A DNA stretch of 64,000 nt from an uncultured Bacillaceae bacterium. Its GTDB lineage: Bacteria; Bacillota; Bacilli; Tepidibacillales; Tepidibacillaceae. The notes under the pieces are model-generated. The model was not told the DNA's origin. It made no database searches and saw only the letters and a list, made by a program, of their open reading frames with translations. Position numbers and translations under genes: made by a program. Location: positions 12,344-76,343 of the forward strand of contig CAZEQK010000003.1 of the NCBI GenBank assembly GCA_964514395.1, given 5' to 3'. Every line of letters starts with the position of its first letter. The first letter of the stretch is position 1. Shown here piece by piece: positions 20,001-30,479 of this stretch.

Positions 20001-20524
20001 CTGAACTCACCTCGCTTACTAACTAAATCTGTTCTTTCATACCCAAGGTAGATAAAATGATGTAATAAATAATCCAGCTCAATCTCGCTACCAACCTTCA
20101 GATGCATGATTGCATCCTTAAATGTTTCTTTCGGTGGCAATAGTTTAGTCAAACCAATATAAGGAATGATATATATACCTAATTTACCGTTTGCTAAATT
20201 TTGTAATACTTTAATCCTTTGCCCTAGAGTTTCTGGACTTTGAGCATCTATATCTATCAATGTTATTTCGTTTGCTGGGTACAAAAACAATTTATTATCA
20301 TCAATTAATTCAGCTAAGTCATCATATACCTTCTGTGCTTGTAATAGATTATGGGTGACTAATATGATTGGTTGTTCTTCTAACTGAAAAAGAGAAGAGA
20401 AAAGAATTTGTTTCACTGAGCCACTTAAACCGGTAACTAATTGCTCTTTCAATCCTTGCTTTAGCCCAACGATCAGTGACTGAAATTCGTTGCTTTCCGC
20501 AAATTTTTCTAATAGGATGTTCAT
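17012..20524 (-). CDS. mfd: Transcription-repair coupling factor
   Basis: 1170 aa. Helicase motifs GDVGYGKTEVA and DEEQRFG, with a TRG/RecG-like region. Confidence 0.95.
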   Translation of the reverse strand: MNILLEKFAESNEFQSLIVGLKQGLKEQLVTGLSGSVKQILFSSLFQLEEQPIILVTHNLLQAQKVYDDLAELIDDNKLFLYPANEITLIDIDAQSPETLGQRIKVLQNLANGKLGIYIIPYIGLTKLLPPKETFKDAIMHLKVGSEIELDYLLHHFIYLGYERTDLVSKRGEFSIRGGIIDIFPHTIENPIRIELFDIEIDSIRTFDVSNQRSITKLEAIDITPAREWIVSQEQFLKAAVIAEKYLGEQLSKIKDSSIKEKLTTNISWEIEQLKQQNYFNGIYKYVSILYSSNSTILDYLNHHSIIVFEEANRITEAAKQSEKEMNEWQTALLEHGEYLPNLKVYKTYHELFTSIQYQIVYLSLFLKQIPHASPANIINFVTRNMQNFHGQMNLLKTEIDRWMKTHTNVVFLAADKDRGKRLQRILFDYGMEVDFVNEEISKLTSRPIIILGNLQSGFEMLSIHVAIITEGEVFSKKQRKVRKVTQQSNAERIKSYTDLKLGDLVVHVNHGIGKYVGIQTLEINGIHKDYLHIKYSGNDKLYVPIDQIDLVQKYLGGEDKEPKLYSLGGNEWNKVKNKVKSSVRDIAQDLIKIYAKREAAKGYAFPLENEFDKEFSSLFPYDETLDQIRTIEEIKRDMEKEKPMDRLLCGDVGYGKTEVALRAAFKSAMSGKQVAVLVPTTILAQQHFETFKERFMDYPIKIEVLSRFRSRKEQKSVIKGIEDGTVDIIIGTHRLLSKDVIYKDLGLLIVDEEQRFGVRHKEKLKEIKANVDVLTLTATPIPRTLHMSMLGVRDLSIIETPPENRFPVQTYVVEYSGALVRESIERELARGGQVYFLYNQVKSIQTMADQIKSLVPEARVAVAHGQMSESELENVMLDFLEGNYDVLVSTTIIETGVDIPNVNTLIIYNADKMGLSQLYQLRGRVGRSNRIAYAYFTYQRDKVLSEVAEKRLQSIKEFTELGSGFKIAMRDLAIRGAGNLLGAEQHGFIASVGFDLYTNMLKDAINELKGEKIEEVNVEPQIELEVDAYLPTEYIDDSMQKIEMYKKFANIKTMEEVEQTVEELIDRFGDTPNPVENLINITKIKAYAYKYQMVSISQKGNEILIKVRPEQNQLVDGFKLFKIANEFNHKIKLSSGHQIGIKVAIKGLSTKEILKLLLDFLNKYQEAVK

Positions 20525-20556
20525 TGTATTTCTCCCTTCCCTCTAATCTATTTCAC

Positions 20557-20591
20557 GACAAAAATAAGCTTTAGCTAAACAGCTAAAGCTT
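20557..20591 (-). terminator. Intrinsic terminator after fin
   Basis: Perfect 11-bp stem aagctttagct / agctaaagctt with a 4-nt loop; the minus strand follows with TATTTTTG. Confidence 0.7.
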
Positions 20592-20609
20592 GTATACTGA
20601 ACTGTTTCA

Positions 20610-20837
20610 TTATTGCAGTGGATTAGATATTAAAATTAATTCAGGATTTTTTTCTATTGTTTCTTGGCAATACTCACAAATAATATGAATAACTTTATCG
20701 CCATTAGACATATAGGTAATTATATCTTTGCGCTCTTGAGGGGTCAAGGATTCAATTCCAAGCTGTTTATCATTAATCAAACCATGATCGATTTCCCCCA
20801 TGTTTTGCCCACAATACCTACATATGTATTTAATCAT
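20610..20837 (-). CDS. fin: Anti-sigma-F factor Fin (YabK family), small zinc-binding protein
   Basis: 75 aa with CRYC...CEYC cysteine pairs. Lies between pth and mfd, as B. subtilis yabK/fin does. Confidence 0.8.
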   Translation of the reverse strand: MIKYICRYCGQNMGEIDHGLINDKQLGIESLTPQERKDIITYMSNGDKVIHIICEYCQETIEKNPELILISNPLQ

Positions 20838-20933
20838 TTATTGTATGGCCTCCATTTCTTTTAATTAGTACCTATTCTATTATTACCCTACTTAAAAGAG
20901 CTCCATACAAATAAATAAAAATTTATTTTAAAA

Positions 20934-21518
20934 TTATTTATTCGTTCCATATTTATTCATTAATTTATGAAATTCTGTCCCTCTTGCCCAATCGATAATT
21001 GATTTTCCAATAGCGTCTAAGCTTTGATTAATATCTTCCTTCTCCTCCTTTGAGAATGTTGTTAATACATAATCAACCACTGACCCATGCTGCGAACGAC
21101 CAATACCGATTCTAATTCTCTTAAATGATTCCGTTTGAAGATGCTGAATAATAGATTTCATCCCATTATGACCACCAGCACTTCCTTTTTCTCTATAACG
21201 AATTTTACCTAAAGGTAAATCCAGGTCATCATAAATAACTACCATATCGTCAATATCAACCTTGTACCAATCAATAATTGGTCTAACTGCTTCACCAGAT
21301 AAATTCATATATGTTAACGGTTTAACTAGCAAAATTTTTTGACCATCTATTCTTGCTTCAGTGATTAGTGCGTTGAATTTTGAGGTTGTTTTGGTGAAAT
21401 TATTAACCCCTATTTGATTTGCTAGATTATCAACAGTTAAAAAGCCAATATTATGTTTTGTATACTCGTATTTTTCTCCTGGATTTCCTAATCCAATAAT
21501 TAATTTCAAATGATTCAC
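20934..21518 (-). CDS. pth: Peptidyl-tRNA hydrolase
   Basis: LIIGLGNPGEKYEYTKHNIGF and GSAGGHNGMKSI motifs. Confidence 0.95.
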   Translation of the reverse strand: MNHLKLIIGLGNPGEKYEYTKHNIGFLTVDNLANQIGVNNFTKTTSKFNALITEARIDGQKILLVKPLTYMNLSGEAVRPIIDWYKVDIDDMVVIYDDLDLPLGKIRYREKGSAGGHNGMKSIIQHLQTESFKRIRIGIGRSQHGSVVDYVLTTFSKEEKEDINQSLDAIGKSIIDWARGTEFHKLMNKYGTNK

Positions 21519-21660
21519 CTTCCATCCAACAAAGCTAAGACTATTGTATCAGATATATCTGCATTCCAAAATTATTTATATATTTCAACAGCTTAGAGCT
21601 ATTACCCTTTATTTATTCTTTATAAAATTTTATAACATTATCAACATCTATACTCAAGAT

Positions 21661-21691
21661 AAAAGAAAAAACGTAACCAATTGGTTACGTT
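21661..21691 (-). terminator. Intrinsic terminator after ctc
   Basis: Palindrome aacgtaaccaattggttacgtt followed on the minus strand by TTTTTCTTTT. Confidence 0.75.
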
Positions 21692-22335
21692 TACTTTGCA
21701 GCGTCTATCCCTCGACCGTCTCTCGCATCAACAATTTCAGGTTCTGATTGAATATCTCTATCAGTTCCTTCTTCTTGTTCTGCCATTTTTGGATGCAATA
21801 TGGTTAGAATAACGCTATTTTCATCGGTTAAAAGCTCAACTTCATTAGGTATACTTAATTCTCTAACAAATAAAGCATCTCCAATTTTTAAATCCGAAAT
21901 GTTCACATGGATTGATTCCGGTACTGTGGTAGGTAAAGCCCTTACTTCAACTTCTCGTAATTCCTGTTGAATCGTACCACCACTTTTAACACCCTCAGAT
22001 TCTCCAAATAAATGAATTGGCACAGGCATATGAATCACTTTATCCATATTTATCCGTTGAAGATCAACATGTATTATTTCACCATCTAATGGATTCCGTT
22101 GAATTTCATTTACCTTAATAGGTATTGAATTACCATCTACAAGAATCGTAAATAAACCAGTTTTACCATGGGTTTTTAATTGCTTCAATAAATTTCTTTT
22201 GTTTATTTGGATGGTTTGATTGATATGATCAGATCCATATAGTATTCCTGGTACAAAACCATCGTTACGTATATTCGTCAAAATTGAATCAGGCCCTTTA
22301 TCACGGACTATAGCTTCTATAAATATTCCTTCCAT
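21691..22335 (-). CDS. ctc: 50S ribosomal protein L25 / general stress protein Ctc
   Basis: 214 aa. L25 N-domain plus Ctc C-domain and an acidic tail. Confidence 0.92.
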   Translation of the reverse strand: MEGIFIEAIVRDKGPDSILTNIRNDGFVPGILYGSDHINQTIQINKRNLLKQLKTHGKTGLFTILVDGNSIPIKVNEIQRNPLDGEIIHVDLQRINMDKVIHMPVPIHLFGESEGVKSGGTIQQELREVEVRALPTTVPESIHVNISDLKIGDALFVRELSIPNEVELLTDENSVILTILHPKMAEQEEGTDRDIQSEPEIVDARDGRGIDAAK

Positions 22336-22368
22336 TCATTTCCCCCCCTAAAAAGTTATATTAAAATT

Positions 22369-22394
22369 ATTTCCTAATAAGAAGGGAGATAAAC
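22369..22394 (-). promoter_or_regulatory. Sigma-B-like promoter of ctc
   Basis: Minus strand reads GTTTAT (22389-22394), a 14-nt spacer, then GGAAAT (22369-22374), compared with consensus GTTTAA-N12-15-GGGTAT. ctc is the classical sigma-B gene in B. subtilis. Confidence 0.45.
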
Positions 22395-22397
22395 ATC

Positions 22398-23345
22398 TTA
22401 GTCAAATAATTTACTAACTGATACCTGCTCATGAACTCTAATAATCGCTTCACCTATAAGTGGTGCAACAGACAAAATTTTAATTTTATCTATTTTTTTC
22501 TCCTCAGGTATAGGTATGGTATTTGTAACCACTAATTCTTTTATTTGGGAATTATTAATTCTTTCTTTTGCTGGTCCTGATAGTACAGGATGAGTACAGG
22601 TAGCATAAACCTCTTTTGCTCCTGCTTCCATTAATGCATCTGCCCCAATGGTAATGGTACCAGCAGTATCTATAATATCATCAATCAATATTGCTGTTTT
22701 TCCTTCAACATTACCTACTATATTCATCACTTCTGCAACATTAGGCTCTGGTCTGCGTTTGTCTATGATTGCAATGGGTGCACCTAATCTCTCTGCCATT
22801 TTTCTTGCTCTCGTCACCCCACCATGATCAGGTGAAACAATAATAATATCATCTAGATTTTTCTTTGCAAAAAAATCTGCTAAAATTGGAACTCCTAATA
22901 AATGATCAACTGGGATATCAAAGAAACCTTGAATTTGGGTAGCATGTAAATCCATTGATATCATCCTATGAGCACCAGCGGTTTCAATTAAGTTTGCAAC
23001 TAATTTTGCTGTAATAGGATCCCTAGCTCTTGCTTTTCTATCCTGTCTTGCATAGCCATAATATGGTATAACAACATTAATACTCTTTGCAGAAGCTCGT
23101 TTTAATGCGTCAACCATGATTAACAGTTCCATTAGATGTTGATTAACTGGAGCTGAAGTGGGTTGAATCACAAATATATCCGCTCCACGAACGCTCTCAT
23201 TCAATCTTATCTGTATTTCCCCATCGCTAAAATGGATAACCTCTGAATCCCCCATAGGTACTCCAATCATATTAGCAATTTCTTTGGCTAATTCAGGATT
23301 CGCATTACATGTAAACACTTTCAAATTAGGGTCATTATAGGTCAT
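22398..23345 (-). CDS. prs: Ribose-phosphate pyrophosphokinase
   Basis: [11 protein letters not shown] and [12 protein letters not shown] motifs. Confidence 0.96.
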   Translation of the reverse strand: MTYNDPNLKVFTCNANPELAKEIANMIGVPMGDSEVIHFSDGEIQIRLNESVRGADIFVIQPTSAPVNQHLMELLIMVDALKRASAKSINVVIPYYGYARQDRKARARDPITAKLVANLIETAGAHRMISMDLHATQIQGFFDIPVDHLLGVPILADFFAKKNLDDIIIVSPDHGGVTRARKMAERLGAPIAIIDKRRPEPNVAEVMNIVGNVEGKTAILIDDIIDTAGTITIGADALMEAGAKEVYATCTHPVLSGPAKERINNSQIKELVVTNTIPIPEEKKIDKIKILSVAPLIGEAIIRVHEQVSVSKLFD

Positions 23346-23365
23346 TTTTTTACCTCCAGAAGAAC

Positions 23366-24748
23366 TTAGCTTTTTGTGTTTTTTTCTCTTATTTTCTTAA
23401 CATAATCATCTTTATTCACTTGCCGCTCACGTGCTATGGATAGAGCAAAATCAGGTACATTCTTTGTAATGGTAGAACCGGCTGCTATATATGCCTCTTT
23501 GCCAATTGATACAGGTGCTATCAAGTTGGAATTGCAGCCAATAAATGCTCTATCTTCGACAGTTGTTCGGTGTTTTTTAAAACCATCATAATTTACTGTT
23601 ATCGTTCCACAGCCTATATTAATACCCTCTCCTAAATCTGCGTCTCCAATATAGGACAAATGAGGTACTTTGGTACCATCACCTATTGTGGAATTTTTAA
23701 CCTCTACGAAATCTCCTATTTTAACAGATGACCCTATCTTTGTTCCAGGTCTAATATAAGCAAACGGACCAACTGTTGTATAAGAATCAATCGATGATGA
23801 TATTATTACAGAATGGGTTAATGTTACATCATCTGCTATGATAACATCTGTTAAATCTGCATTGGGACCAATTTTACAGTTTGCTCCTATTACCGTTTCA
23901 CCTTTTATATGGGTTCCGGGGAAAATGGTGGTATCTGCTCCTATTCGAACCTCTTTTTCTATATAGGTGTTCATTGGATCAATAATAGTTACTCCTGCCC
24001 TCATATGGCTCTCTAATATTCGCTTTTTTAAAATCGTTTCAGCTTCAGCTAGTGCTATTCGATCATTAATACCTACTAATTCATTTGAATTAAAGGTTTC
24101 AAATGCAACGATTCTTTCACCTAAATGACGTAATATTTCAATAACATCTGTTAAGTAATACTCACCTTGTTTATTATTATTATTTATCTTACCTAGTGCT
24201 TGAAATAATTTAGCGTTATCAAAACAATAAATTCCTGAATTTACTTCTTTAATTCTCCGCTCTGAAATAGAAGCATCTTTTTCTTCTACGATTTTAATAA
24301 CTTCCTGATTATTATCGCGAATAATTCTACCATAGCTAGTAGGATTAGCAAGTTCTGTAGATAGAATAGTCAATGCTACGTCCCGAGTTTTATGTTCATT
24401 GATCAATGCTTCTAAGGTCGTTTTTGTAAGTAGGGGAGTATCTCCATTAATGATTAAGGTGATTCCATCTCTATGCTTCAGAATTGGTTCTACTTGTAGT
24501 ACTGCATGGCCAGTTCCTAATTGTTCTTTTTGCTCTACATATTGAACCTTTGTCCCTAAATAATTCTTTACATCCTCAGCCTTATGTCCTACAACAACAA
24601 TAATATCTTCTGTTTTTATTTCCTCTAATGTATCAACAATATGACCTATCATTGGTTTGCCACCAAGCTGATGAAGCATTTTAAGCTTACTAGATTTCAT
24701 CCTTGTTCCTTGACCAGCAGCAAGTATAATAGAAAATAAACTGGACAT
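23366..24748 (-). CDS. glmU: Bifunctional GlcNAc-1-P uridyltransferase / GlcN-1-P acetyltransferase
   Basis: [13 protein letters not shown]-terminal motif with a C-terminal left-handed beta-helix of hexapeptide repeats. Confidence 0.96.
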   Translation of the reverse strand: MSSLFSIILAAGQGTRMKSSKLKMLHQLGGKPMIGHIVDTLEEIKTEDIIVVVGHKAEDVKNYLGTKVQYVEQKEQLGTGHAVLQVEPILKHRDGITLIINGDTPLLTKTTLEALINEHKTRDVALTILSTELANPTSYGRIIRDNNQEVIKIVEEKDASISERRIKEVNSGIYCFDNAKLFQALGKINNNNKQGEYYLTDVIEILRHLGERIVAFETFNSNELVGINDRIALAEAETILKKRILESHMRAGVTIIDPMNTYIEKEVRIGADTTIFPGTHIKGETVIGANCKIGPNADLTDVIIADDVTLTHSVIISSSIDSYTTVGPFAYIRPGTKIGSSVKIGDFVEVKNSTIGDGTKVPHLSYIGDADLGEGINIGCGTITVNYDGFKKHRTTVEDRAFIGCNSNLIAPVSIGKEAYIAAGSTITKNVPDFALSIARERQVNKDDYVKKIREKNTKS

Positions 24749-24872
24749 GACATACCCCCATTTTCGATCATTTTATTTCATTTTGACTATATCTTAATTG
24801 TCCCGTGTTTTCAAGTTAGATTGACCATGAATTTTTACCAAAAAAATATTTATTATTGTTAGAATTTTTGCA

Positions 24873-24904
24873 CAAAAAAAAGAGCCCTCTTCTAGAGCCC
24901 TCTT
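24873..24904 (-). terminator. Probable terminator after spoVG
   Basis: Minus strand reads AAGAGGGCTCT-AG-AAGAGGGCTCT then T8. The direct repeat of agagccctctt can fold as a G.U-containing hairpin running into the T-run. Confidence 0.5.
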
Positions 24905-24916
24905 TACTAATCTAGC

Positions 24917-25204
24917 TTATGCACCCGTACCTGCAACTACTTCTTCTTCTTCTCCAACACGTTCGTATTCAGATAATACTGCAGATTGGATTTTTTCACG
25001 AGTAACAGAAGATATAGGGTGAGCTATATCACGAAACTCTCCATCTGGCGTTCTTTTACTTGGCATAGCAACAAACATTCCATTATTACCATCAATTACA
25101 CGAATATCATGTACTACAAATTCATTATCTATAGTAATGGATGCAATCGCTCTCATACGGCCTTCCGTGTTGACGCGGCGAAGTCTAACGTCAGTTACTT
25201 CCAT
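24917..25204 (-). CDS. spoVG: Septation / sporulation regulator SpoVG
   Basis: [42 protein letters not shown] is near-invariant SpoVG sequence. Confidence 0.96.
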   Translation of the reverse strand: MEVTDVRLRRVNTEGRMRAIASITIDNEFVVHDIRVIDGNNGMFVAMPSKRTPDGEFRDIAHPISSVTREKIQSAVLSEYERVGEEEEVVAGTGA

Positions 25205-25247
25205 TGAGTTTTCACCACCTTTACTATTTAATAGAGCTTAAATATGG

Positions 25248-25275
25248 ATTCTATGTATTGTTATAAAATTCCTGC
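25248..25275 (-). promoter_or_regulatory. Sigma-H-type promoter of spoVG
   Basis: Minus strand reads GCAGGAATT (25267-25275), a 12-nt spacer, then ATAGAAT (25248-25254), compared with consensus RnAGGAwWW-N11-12-RnnGAAT. Confidence 0.55.
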
Positions 25276-25304
25276 TAAGAAATAACAAAAAATGAAAATT
25301 TTTT

Positions 25305-25682
25305 TTATTCTTTATAAGCAATCATTTCTATTTCTACTGAAACATCCTTTGGTAGTCTAGATACTTCTATGGTTGATCTTGCTGGTCTATGTTCTTTAAA
25401 AAAGGAAGCGTACATTTCATTCATATCTTGGAATTCATTCATATCTTTTAAAAATACGGTTACCTTCACCACATCATTTAACGTCATTTCCTTTTCTTCG
25501 AGAACAGCAACAAGATTTTTAAATACCTGTTCTGTTTGTTTCTTTATATCACCTTTTATTAATTCACCATTCTCATTTAGAGGTATTTGCCCAGATGTAA
25601 ATAAAAAAGGCTTTATCTCGATAGCCTGTGAGTAGGGTCCTATTGCTTTTGGGGCTTTATTCGTTGAAACCATCTTCATCAT
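25305..25682 (-). CDS. ridA: RidA/YjgF-family enamine/imine deaminase (YabJ)
   Basis: KAIGPYSQA and [19 protein letters not shown] motifs. Confidence 0.93.
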   Translation of the reverse strand: MMKMVSTNKAPKAIGPYSQAIEIKPFLFTSGQIPLNENGELIKGDIKKQTEQVFKNLVAVLEEKEMTLNDVVKVTVFLKDMNEFQDMNEMYASFFKEHRPARSTIEVSRLPKDVSVEIEMIAYKE

Positions 25683-25696
25683 TCATAATCTCCTCC

Positions 25697-26512
25697 TTAA
25701 AAATAATTACCTAAATTCACCTTTACCTTTTTCTCCCTCTCATTCGCTTCAACTAATCTTGCTAAGGAATAGTACTCTTCTATCAAACGTTCTTTTTCTC
25801 CGTCTACTTCCACTAATACACCAATGCCTTGAATGTTCGCTTTAAATTCTTCTAAAAGATCAATCATCCCTTTTACGGTACCACCTGCTTTCATGAAATC
25901 GTCAATAATTAAAACATTAGCATTTTCTTTTAATGCCCTTCTAGCAAGTGACATCGTCTGGATTCTTTTTGTTGATCCTGAAACATAGTTGATGGTAACT
26001 ACCGAGCCTTCTGTAACTTTACTATCTCTTCTAACGACAAGCACCGGAACATTTAAATAAGTTGCCGTAGCATGAGCAATCGGGATTCCTTTTGTTTCAA
26101 CTGTAATAATATAATCTATTTCCTTTTCAGAAAAAATGGAGGCAAATGTTCTACCAATTTTTTTTAACCATACTGGATTCCCTATAATATCTAACATATA
26201 GAGATAACCACCTGGCAACAGTCGTTCACTACTAGATAAAACTTCGCATACTTCCTCAATAGTTGTTTTAGCATCAGATTTGGATATTAAAGGTATGTAT
26301 TTTACTCCTCCGTTAGCACCAGCTAATGTAATTAATTTGCCAATACCTTCTTCTTCAAAAATCTCATTAATAATATCAATATCCTCACTGATAGATGATT
26401 TTGCAGATTGATAATGATTAGCAAAAAAAGTTAATGGTATGAGCATATGAGGACTATTTATCAATTGTTGAGTTAAATCAACTAATCTTTCACTTCGGCG
26501 CAGCTTCTTCAT
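25697..26512 (-). CDS. purR: Purine operon repressor PurR
   Basis: MKKLRRSERLVDLTQ winged-helix N-domain plus PRT domain (VLIIDDFMKAGGT). The track start at 26527 is a TTG; the ATG at 26512 has a GGGGTG Shine-Dalgarno upstream. Confidence 0.9.
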   Translation of the reverse strand: MKKLRRSERLVDLTQQLINSPHMLIPLTFFANHYQSAKSSISEDIDIINEIFEEEGIGKLITLAGANGGVKYIPLISKSDAKTTIEEVCEVLSSSERLLPGGYLYMLDIIGNPVWLKKIGRTFASIFSEKEIDYIITVETKGIPIAHATATYLNVPVLVVRRDSKVTEGSVVTINYVSGSTKRIQTMSLARRALKENANVLIIDDFMKAGGTVKGMIDLLEEFKANIQGIGVLVEVDGEKERLIEEYYSLARLVEANEREKKVKVNLGNYF

Positions 26513-26583
26513 TCTACAACACCCCAAATCCGAATATTTGAGAAAAATATATCATTAATGTACGTCGTTTTCAAGTTCTTCTC

Positions 26584-27438
26584 TTATTTTAATAGTCGAA
26601 CTGCATAAACTTCTTTACAAAATCCCCTTAATGCATTGTATATTCTATTCACCTTCGATTCTATATTAACCAACGCATAAACCGTTGGACCACTTCCCGA
26701 CATTAACACTCCATCTGCACCAAAATGCTTTATTTGATTTTTTAGATTTTTAACCGTTGGATGAAGAGAAAAGGTTACATCCTCCAATACATTGTATAAT
26801 AGCTTTGTTATTCGAGTGAAATCCTTCTCCTCTATCGCTTTAATCATTGCTGTTGTATTGGGATGCTCTGTAATATCCTCCCACTTTAGCGCACCATATA
26901 CATCAGCTGTTGATACGCTTATTGGAAGCTTTGCAATGATTGCCCATCCAGAAGGCATTGTGCTAATTCTTTGTAACTTTTCACCTCGGCCTGTAACCAA
27001 AGCGGTACCACCAACGATACAAAAGGGAACATCGGACCCAATCGCTTCGCCTAATTTAAGAAGTTCATTCTCATTCAGGTTCAATTTCCATAACTTATTT
27101 AAGCCTCGTATCGTAGCAGCCGCATCAGAACTCCCTCCTGCTAATCCAGCAGCAATAGGGATGTTTTTTTCTAAGTAAATATGCACGCCTTTTGTTATCT
27201 TATATTGGTCTTTCATTAGACTAGCTGCCTTATATATTAAATTTCTTTCGTCATTAGGCACATAACCCGAATTCGACTCTAATTTAATTGTATCTTTATC
27301 TATTTCTTCAAAGGAGATTCTATCTGCTAAATCGATCATAGTCATAATCATTTCGACTTCGTGATAACCGTCATCTCTTTTCCCTAATACATCTAAGGTG
27401 AGATTAATTTTTGCCGGAGCTTTTTCCCAAATTTTCAT
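26584..27438 (-). CDS. ispE: 4-diphosphocytidyl-2-C-methyl-D-erythritol kinase
   Basis: [12 protein letters not shown] and [19 protein letters not shown]-kinase motifs. I prefer the ATG at 27438 ([13 protein letters not shown]) over the upstream GTG. Confidence 0.92.
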   Translation of the reverse strand: MKIWEKAPAKINLTLDVLGKRDDGYHEVEMIMTMIDLADRISFEEIDKDTIKLESNSGYVPNDERNLIYKAASLMKDQYKITKGVHIYLEKNIPIAAGLAGGSSDAAATIRGLNKLWKLNLNENELLKLGEAIGSDVPFCIVGGTALVTGRGEKLQRISTMPSGWAIIAKLPISVSTADVYGALKWEDITEHPNTTAMIKAIEEKDFTRITKLLYNVLEDVTFSLHPTVKNLKNQIKHFGADGVLMSGSGPTVYALVNIESKVNRIYNALRGFCKEVYAVRLLK

Positions 27439-27536
27439 GCGATCACCCACTTCTAACCATCATCTTTACATTTTAGCAACTAAATATTGAAAAAGCTAGG
27501 GCAAAATGACCCCCTAGCTTATGTTCACATCATTTT

Positions 27537-27722
27537 TTATGATCGACCATTTTCTGCTAAATTACGCTCGGCTATTTCAATTGCCTTCTTAACCATATTT
27601 CCAGCATCACGAGTAGTGATTCCTCCCCAACCATCCTTTTGCACGGTATCATAAAATCCTAGCTCTTTTGCAAGCTCTTCCTTAAATTTATCAGACATCA
27701 CGCCTCGACGTCGGCCCATCAT
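27537..27722 (-). CDS. sspF: Alpha/beta-type small acid-soluble spore protein (SspF-like)
   Basis: [25 protein letters not shown]...[15 protein letters not shown] closely matches B. subtilis SspF. Confidence 0.88.
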   Translation of the reverse strand: MMGRRRGVMSDKFKEELAKELGFYDTVQKDGWGGITTRDAGNMVKKAIEIAERNLAENGRS

Positions 27723-27826
27723 ATACCCCCCTTTTTTTTGTGAACAAGTATAGTATATGTAAAAAAATTTTTTATAATAGTATTTGTTTAATAATAAAAA
27801 AGTAGAACACTTTGTGTCCTACCCCA

Positions 27827-28099
27827 TTAAGAAGTACTTGAGATTTTCACTTGTCCACTTTCTCTGAAGATGGTAAGTTCAACAGAAGAAGTAAGTATAT
27901 CTGCATAACTGTAAGATACCCTTTTAAAAGAATGCTGTTCTTCATCTAGCTTAACAATAAATACCGAAGGGTAGGTTTCTTCTAAAACACCTGTTCGTTC
28001 AATCGTTTTTCTTCGACCGCCATTTGCTTTAAGCATAATTTTTTCACCTACATAGTGGTCTAAATTACGCTTTATCGCATTTAAAGTATTGTTAGCCAT
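27827..28099 (-). CDS. veg: Veg protein
   Basis: [44 protein letters not shown] is highly conserved Veg sequence. Confidence 0.93.
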   Translation of the reverse strand: MANNTLNAIKRNLDHYVGEKIMLKANGGRRKTIERTGVLEETYPSVFIVKLDEEQHSFKRVSYSYADILTSSVELTIFRESGQVKISSTS

Positions 28100-28128
28100 A
28101 CACTACCACCTCTCTAGTTTACAGAGAG

Positions 28129-28157
28129 ATTTTATCATAAAGCGCTTTTTTTGTCAA
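28129..28157 (-). promoter_or_regulatory. Sigma-A promoter of veg
   Basis: Minus strand reads TTGACA (28152-28157), a 17-nt spacer, then TAAAAT (28129-28134). Confidence 0.65.
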
Positions 28158-28192
28158 GAACTTATAATTATAGCAATCGTACAAGAAGATTG

Positions 28193-29080
28193 TCAATATA
28201 TTTTATTAAAAGTTAATAAACTTTTTAATTCTTGACTTAAATTTATATACTCTTTCAATGAAATACTCTCTGCTCTTCGCTGGGGATTTATTTTTACAGT
28301 ATCCAATATGTTAAGTAATTCTTCTTTTTGTTCTTTTTCAAAAAGAATCTTTAAATTATTAAAAATCGTTTTTCTTCGGTGCATAAAGCTCGTCCGTATT
28401 ACTTTAAATAATAATTGCTCATCATCTGTATGAATTGGATAATCCTGCTTTATCTTTAGATTCAATACGGCTGAATCCACATTAGGTTTTGGAATAAACA
28501 CAGTACTAGGAACGTGAAAAGAAATTTTTGCTTCTGCAAAATATTCAACAAATACAGTTAAACTCCCATATTCTTTTCCACCAGGCTTGGCACTAATTCT
28601 TTCTGCTACTTCCTTTTGTACCATGATTGTTATGGTATCTAGGGGTAGTTTATCTTCTAATAATTTAATGATAATGGGACTAGTTACATAATAGGGTAAA
28701 TTTGCAACAACTTTTATAGTCGAAAATGTGTTTAATTCTTTTTCTATTATCTCTTCAAGGGAAATTTTTAATACGTCACCATGAATGATCTTCGTGTTAT
28801 CTGTATTAGACAGAGTATCTTCTAGTATTGGTATTAATCTTTTGTCTATTTCAATGGCTACAACTTTTCCTGCCTGCTCCGCAAGTTTTTGAGTTAATGA
28901 GCCAATTCCAGGGCCAATCTCTAGTACACCTGTATCCTTATCAATTTCTGCTTTTTTAATAATTTTATCTAGAATTTTTGGTTCAATGATAAAATTTTGC
29001 CCTAGGCTTTTTTTCAATGTTAATCCATACTTCTTGAGTATATCCATGGTATTACTTTTATTTGAAATATTAAGAGTCAT
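28193..29080 (-). CDS. rsmA: 16S rRNA (adenine1518/1519-N6)-dimethyltransferase
   Basis: SLGQNFI and VLEIGPGIGSLT SAM motifs, plus NLPYYVTSPI. Confidence 0.95.
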   Translation of the reverse strand: MTLNISNKSNTMDILKKYGLTLKKSLGQNFIIEPKILDKIIKKAEIDKDTGVLEIGPGIGSLTQKLAEQAGKVVAIEIDKRLIPILEDTLSNTDNTKIIHGDVLKISLEEIIEKELNTFSTIKVVANLPYYVTSPIIIKLLEDKLPLDTITIMVQKEVAERISAKPGGKEYGSLTVFVEYFAEAKISFHVPSTVFIPKPNVDSAVLNLKIKQDYPIHTDDEQLLFKVIRTSFMHRRKTIFNNLKILFEKEQKEELLNILDTVKINPQRRAESISLKEYINLSQELKSLLTFNKIY

Positions 29081-29088
29081 CTATTTAC

Positions 29089-29637
29089 TCATTCCTTACT
29101 ATCCAATAATTTTATTGCTTGATCAAATTCTGCTTGAGTAATTTGAAACATTTTTAATCTTTTATATAGTTGCTTTGCGTTTGTGTAACCTATTCCTAAA
29201 TGATTCCCTAGCTCTAATCGTCTTTTTTTCGCTTTGATTCCACCTACCAAGCCTTCACTAATAAGTCGTTGCCAAGAAATCATCTCTTTAGGTTCTTTGA
29301 TAAATGCTGCTTTTGCATTTTTCAGAGCTTTTATAATGGTATCATTAGATGCGTTTTCTACACCTATGTCATTATTTTTAGTTGCTTCCTCTCTCGTGAT
29401 GAATGCATGGTGTACTCCAGGAATGTGGCTACTAATTATTTTCCTTATTCTTTCGCCAGCATAATCGGGATCTGTAAATACTATAACTCCTCTAATGGAA
29501 TGAGCTTTCTTAATCCATTCAATCTTTTGCTGAGAAAGGGCTGATCCACCAGTTTCTATGGTGTCTGCTTTAACTGCTCTTTGGATAGCGATGGTATCAT
29601 CTCTTCCTTCTACTACAATAATTTCCTTAATAATCAA
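29089..29637 (-). CDS. rnmV: Ribonuclease M5 (TOPRIM)
   Basis: IKEIIVVEGRDDT TOPRIM motif. AAGGAGG lies 6 nt before the TTG at 29637, so the upstream 10 codons in the track are probably not translated. Confidence 0.88.
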   Translation of the reverse strand: MIIKEIIVVEGRDDTIAIQRAVKADTIETGGSALSQQKIEWIKKAHSIRGVIVFTDPDYAGERIRKIISSHIPGVHHAFITREEATKNNDIGVENASNDTIIKALKNAKAAFIKEPKEMISWQRLISEGLVGGIKAKKRRLELGNHLGIGYTNAKQLYKRLKMFQITQAEFDQAIKLLDSKE

Positions 29638-29695
29638 TATGATCCTCCTTAAAATGCAATTCACCAAAATGACAGGGAATATATCCCTGTCATAA

Positions 29696-30469
29696 TTAGA
29701 ATTTTAATAAACTCCTTGCATTTTCGGCCGTTATTGCTTCTATTTCTTCTATATCCATTTCTTTTAGTTCTGCTATTTTAGCTGCAACATATTTTACGTA
29801 AGCAGATTCATTTCTTTTTCCACGATAAGGTTCTGGTGTTAGGTATGGTGAATCTGTTTCGATTAATATGCGATTTAGTGGAATTTCCTTCGCTACTTCT
29901 TTAGGTTTTTTGGCATTTTTAAAGGTAACAGGACCACTAAAGGAGATATAAAATCCTAATGACATACATTCCTTTGCCATTTCTACACTACCAGAAAATG
30001 AATGCATGATTCCTCCTACTTCTTGGGCCTTTTCTTCTTTCAAAATATCACAAATATCCTGGTGGGCATCTCGATCATGGATGATAATGGGTAGCTTTAA
30101 CCTTCTTGCAAGCTGTATTTGCTCTCTAAATATTTTTTGCTGTTCTTCCTTTGTAGCGAAGTCCCAATAATAGTCTAGTCCTATTTCGCCAATAGCTAAT
30201 ATCTTGGGATGACCCGCTAATTCCTCAATCCACTTTAAATCCTCTTCTTTCATATCGTGAGCATCATTAGGATGCCAACCGATAGCACCATAGATAAAAT
30301 CATATTTATCGATCATATCCATCGTAGTGAGAATGGTCTCTTTATTATATCCAATATTAATAATATATCCTACCCCTGCATTTTTTGCTCTTACCATTAC
30401 TTCTTCTCGATCTTCATTAAATTTTTCGTCATTAAGATGTGCATGAGTATCTATTAGCATTTTAATCAC
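29696..30469 (-). CDS. tatD: TatD-family metal-dependent DNase/hydrolase (YabD)
   Basis: LIDTHAHLN, AIGEIGLDY and IETDSPYL motifs. Confidence 0.93.
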   Translation of the reverse strand: MIKMLIDTHAHLNDEKFNEDREEVMVRAKNAGVGYIINIGYNKETILTTMDMIDKYDFIYGAIGWHPNDAHDMKEEDLKWIEELAGHPKILAIGEIGLDYYWDFATKEEQQKIFREQIQLARRLKLPIIIHDRDAHQDICDILKEEKAQEVGGIMHSFSGSVEMAKECMSLGFYISFSGPVTFKNAKKPKEVAKEIPLNRILIETDSPYLTPEPYRGKRNESAYVKYVAAKIAELKEMDIEEIEAITAENARSLLKF

Positions 30470-30479
30470 CTAATTTTTA

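Noticed and set aside
24881-24904. Direct repeat agagccctctt x2 after spoVG as a possible regulatory repeat
   Set aside because: On the transcribed strand it folds into a hairpin running into a T8 tract, so the simplest explanation is the spoVG terminator.
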